Shown here piece by piece: positions 62,801-64,000 of a DNA stretch of 64,000 nt. This stretch comes from Anolis carolinensis (Eukaryota): contig NC_085843.1 in the NCBI RefSeq assembly GCF_035594765.1, forward strand, positions 263,601,971 to 263,665,970, given 5' to 3'. Positions within the stretch are counted from its first letter, which is position 1. Every line of letters starts with the position of its first letter. A program made the position numbers and the translations under genes. The notes beneath the pieces were generated by a model. That model was not told the DNA's origin and ran no database searches. It was given only the letters and a program-made list of their open reading frames with translations.

Positions 62801-63688
62801 CTTGTGCGCAGTTGCCTAAGTCACATCTCAGTCTACTGCCAAGCAATAACTCCAGAGTATTCCTCCATCTTCAAAGTCTCTGAGAGAGACGAAGCCACAG
62901 CGCTCTTGAAAGATGAGCAAAGGTTCTTGGACAGTATGAATGCTCAAGTCTCACGAAGTACAGAGGGAAATTGGGTAGCTCCTTTGCCCTTTAAGTCAGA
63001 TAAGCCCACTTCGCCAAACAATAGACACATGGCAGGGAAAAGACTCTGGTCCCTAAAGAAAAGAATCCATCATCAGGGTAGAACTCTAACTGAGGCAGCC
63101 CTTAGAAACGAAGGTCTGTGGGTAGTTAATGCCAAAAGGTTGGTCAACAGTTGTATTTTCAAATGTGTTAAATGCAGGTGCCTTAGGCGAAACTGTCAAA
63201 ATCGGTTAATAGCAGAACTACCTCAGGATAGGACTTTGACAGACCCACCCTTTTCCCACGTGGGAATTAATGTGTTTGGTCCTTGGGAAATTGTTACCAG
63301 AAAAACCAGGGGTGGTGTTGTAAATAATAAAAGATGGGCGGTTTTGTTTACTTGTTTGTCAAAACGAACTGTCTATATTGAGGATGTAGAGGGAATGGAC
63401 ACTTCATCATTTTTAAATGCATTGAAAAGGTTCATAGCCCTCAGAGGGCCAATTAAGTCAATTCGATCGGACTGTGGCACCAATTTTGCATGTGCAGACC
63501 TTAGCCAACCACTTCTGGAAGAGGTGGAAGGCCGAATACTTAAGCCAGCTTCCAACCAGAAGACTCTGGCAAACCCCAGAGGACAATTTCAAGGTGGGAA
63601 ACCTTGTGTTGCTAAAGGACAAAGACTTGCCCCGCTATGCCTGGCCTATGGGCATTACACTAAAGACCTTTTCTTGCCCGGACGGTAA
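59900..63688 (+). CDS. BEL/Pao Gag-protease fused in frame to a partial integrase (RT/RNase H absent)
   Basis: 1262-aa ORF with a coiled coil, a capsid-like region, three Cys/His knuckles (CPIHQKPHSLANC, CFRCC...HFASNC, CEKCNSLKHCTAMH), the protease motif ALDSQS, then HHQG...CVKC, GINVFGP and IRSDCGTNF. Confidence 0.9.
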   Translation: MSMQFQDDTDGVPPSEAESRNERPQRIKHPSAKMLAHLIDEKELLHVRLGSAWERIVTLMDRIESLGITRVPSILQTDLEETFGLWRGLVSKIVQVLERINAKDSELEIVSVLADTNEKENRVRAILASLCSHETNLLKSPAVALSLKSNRSSQVSKLRERASSKHSHSSKSSAAGSAISSLAALHIKEAARLELQSKVAEAEADAKAADHTFHLKEEEQRLQIEQARRQSEMQIEQARIEMLRIKMDAAAKRVRAETLAKALIEPLTEENVSQLPIQDPSAKVFAHLGSMYSQFSDEEQGDFSPYPEQGPKVTFEFPAEQSVIAGSSPLLELPVPPAKTLGQSIRASRPSASWPLQTAAQGTIDSSVVDVIPPRGQRLTQGARWESTPQQQTPQLFPSTPESQLVSIIRSPRRDLKDKGVEKFSDKPEEFLLWKATFQRAIRDLKLLPEEELTLLAAWLGPASSSQVKKIYAAHVADPDKALEKAWARLQQRYGASTEIEASLMDKLQRFPALKLKDFKLLWDLSDLLAELESAKENPELPGLKCLDQHLSQRQILTKLPFTLQERWGQEVFNYKEAHSQAYPPFSHLVQFITRAARERNDPQTGLPTLYQGTQPEKAPEVDKKPPREANRPVSVKAVETQLKTDEPRSEVKELLCPIHQKPHSLANCREFSRKTYKERQQLVQKQGICFRCCGATPHFASNCKENIKCEKCNSLKHCTAMHNSNIISHPKENASPKEKSAVEDTDKPAAPEMQVEVSAVACTELCSDSHQYRVCHPICLADVYPAKSPWLRKRLYVALDSQSDASLATPEFFRMFDLKTKMVDYTMTTCAGKKKLQGRIASGFVVSSCDQKRQFKLPDLIECSSIPRNKKQIVTREVVEAHPHLRRLKNAIPAFQPDVDIALLLGADCPNLFYVNDQVKGPPGAPIAQLLPLGWTVTGPVCINKMHPPSSLDSNQAQVLKGGRPTLVRSCLSHISVYCQAITPEYSSIFKVSERDEATALLKDEQRFLDSMNAQVSRSTEGNWVAPLPFKSDKPTSPNNRHMAGKRLWSLKKRIHHQGRTLTEAALRNEGLWVVNAKRLVNSCIFKCVKCRCLRRNCQNRLIAELPQDRTLTDPPFSHVGINVFGPWEIVTRKTRGGVVNNKRWAVLFTCLSKRTVYIEDVEGMDTSSFLNALKRFIALRGPIKSIRSDCGTNFACADLSQPLLEEVEGRILKPASNQKTLANPRGQFQGGKPCVAKGQRLAPLCLAYGHYTKDLFLPGR

Positions 63689-63785
63689 GGTCAGGAAAGC
63701 TCAATTAAAGACTTGCAACAGAGGCAAAGTGTCCATTTTGGGCAGACCAATTAGTGACCTCGTGTTGCTTATTGGAGATGTTTAA
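63490..63785 (+). pseudogene. Out-of-frame BEL integrase C-terminal domain
   Basis: VQTLANHFWKRWKAEYLSQL...W...FKVGNLVLLKD...PRYAWPMG...DGKVR...RPISDL. Confidence 0.85.
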
Positions 63786-64000
63786 AGTTCTAGTGTTTGT
63801 ATTGTTGTGTATACAAAGGTGTTTGTATGTTTTTGATTGGTAAATTCCCACATCCTGGGAATTTAGCGGGGAGTGTTCCGTCCCCCAGGACGATGGTTTG
63901 CCTTACCTATTGGTCGTTTGTTTGTTTTCCCTCCTTTGCATTTTGTTTGAGCCTCTGGCTGCAAAAGCCTAGGAAAAGTGGCTTGGAATCTGCAATAGCT

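Larger units (their letters stand above)
58196..64000 (+). mobile_element. BEL/Pao LTR retrotransposon, young and internally deleted; 3' LTR runs off the window
   Basis: 5' LTR 58196-58911 with terminal inverted repeats (TGTTCCGTCC / GGACGGCACA). PPT AGCGGGGAG at 63865-63873. The 3' LTR starts at 63874 and matches the 5' LTR over all 127 visible bp. Confidence 0.95.

Noticed and set aside
41221-64000. Additional upstream PPM1L exons
   Set aside because: No PP2C-like peptide was recognised in this interval, so the preceding exon presumably lies outside the window.

Overview
Vertebrate genomic DNA, very likely a squamate lizard (Anolis-like, inferred from Sauria SINEs, CR1/L2/BovB and hAT/mariner MITE content). 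Two host genes are arranged tail-to-tail. B3GALNT1 has a single coding exon (4298-5260, +). PPM1L contributes its last two coding exons (41059-41220 and 24918-25264, -); its upstream exons are not visible and presumably lie beyond the right edge. The rest is putative UTR and intron densely filled with transposons: CR1, L1, L2, RTE, BovB and Vingi LINE fragments, several SINE families, a Helitron, hAT and mariner MITEs, Penelope relics, a solo LTR, and a young internally deleted BEL/Pao LTR element. Most notable observations: (1) a solo LTR whose U3 is almost entirely a 140-aa acidic ORF carrying a LEDGF/TFIIS-N-domain-interacting-like motif (LRDLF...TDEDSFEGF); (2) a BEL element with no tRNA PBS, where that position is complementary to its own LTR (candidate self-priming), and with RT/RNase H deleted in frame; (3) an HDV-like ribozyme fold at a Vingi LINE 5' end, reused in three SINEs; (4) a nematode-type RTE-1 relic (candidate horizontal transfer); (5) several unusual insertion structures. 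Family names come from motif recognition and recall, not database searches.
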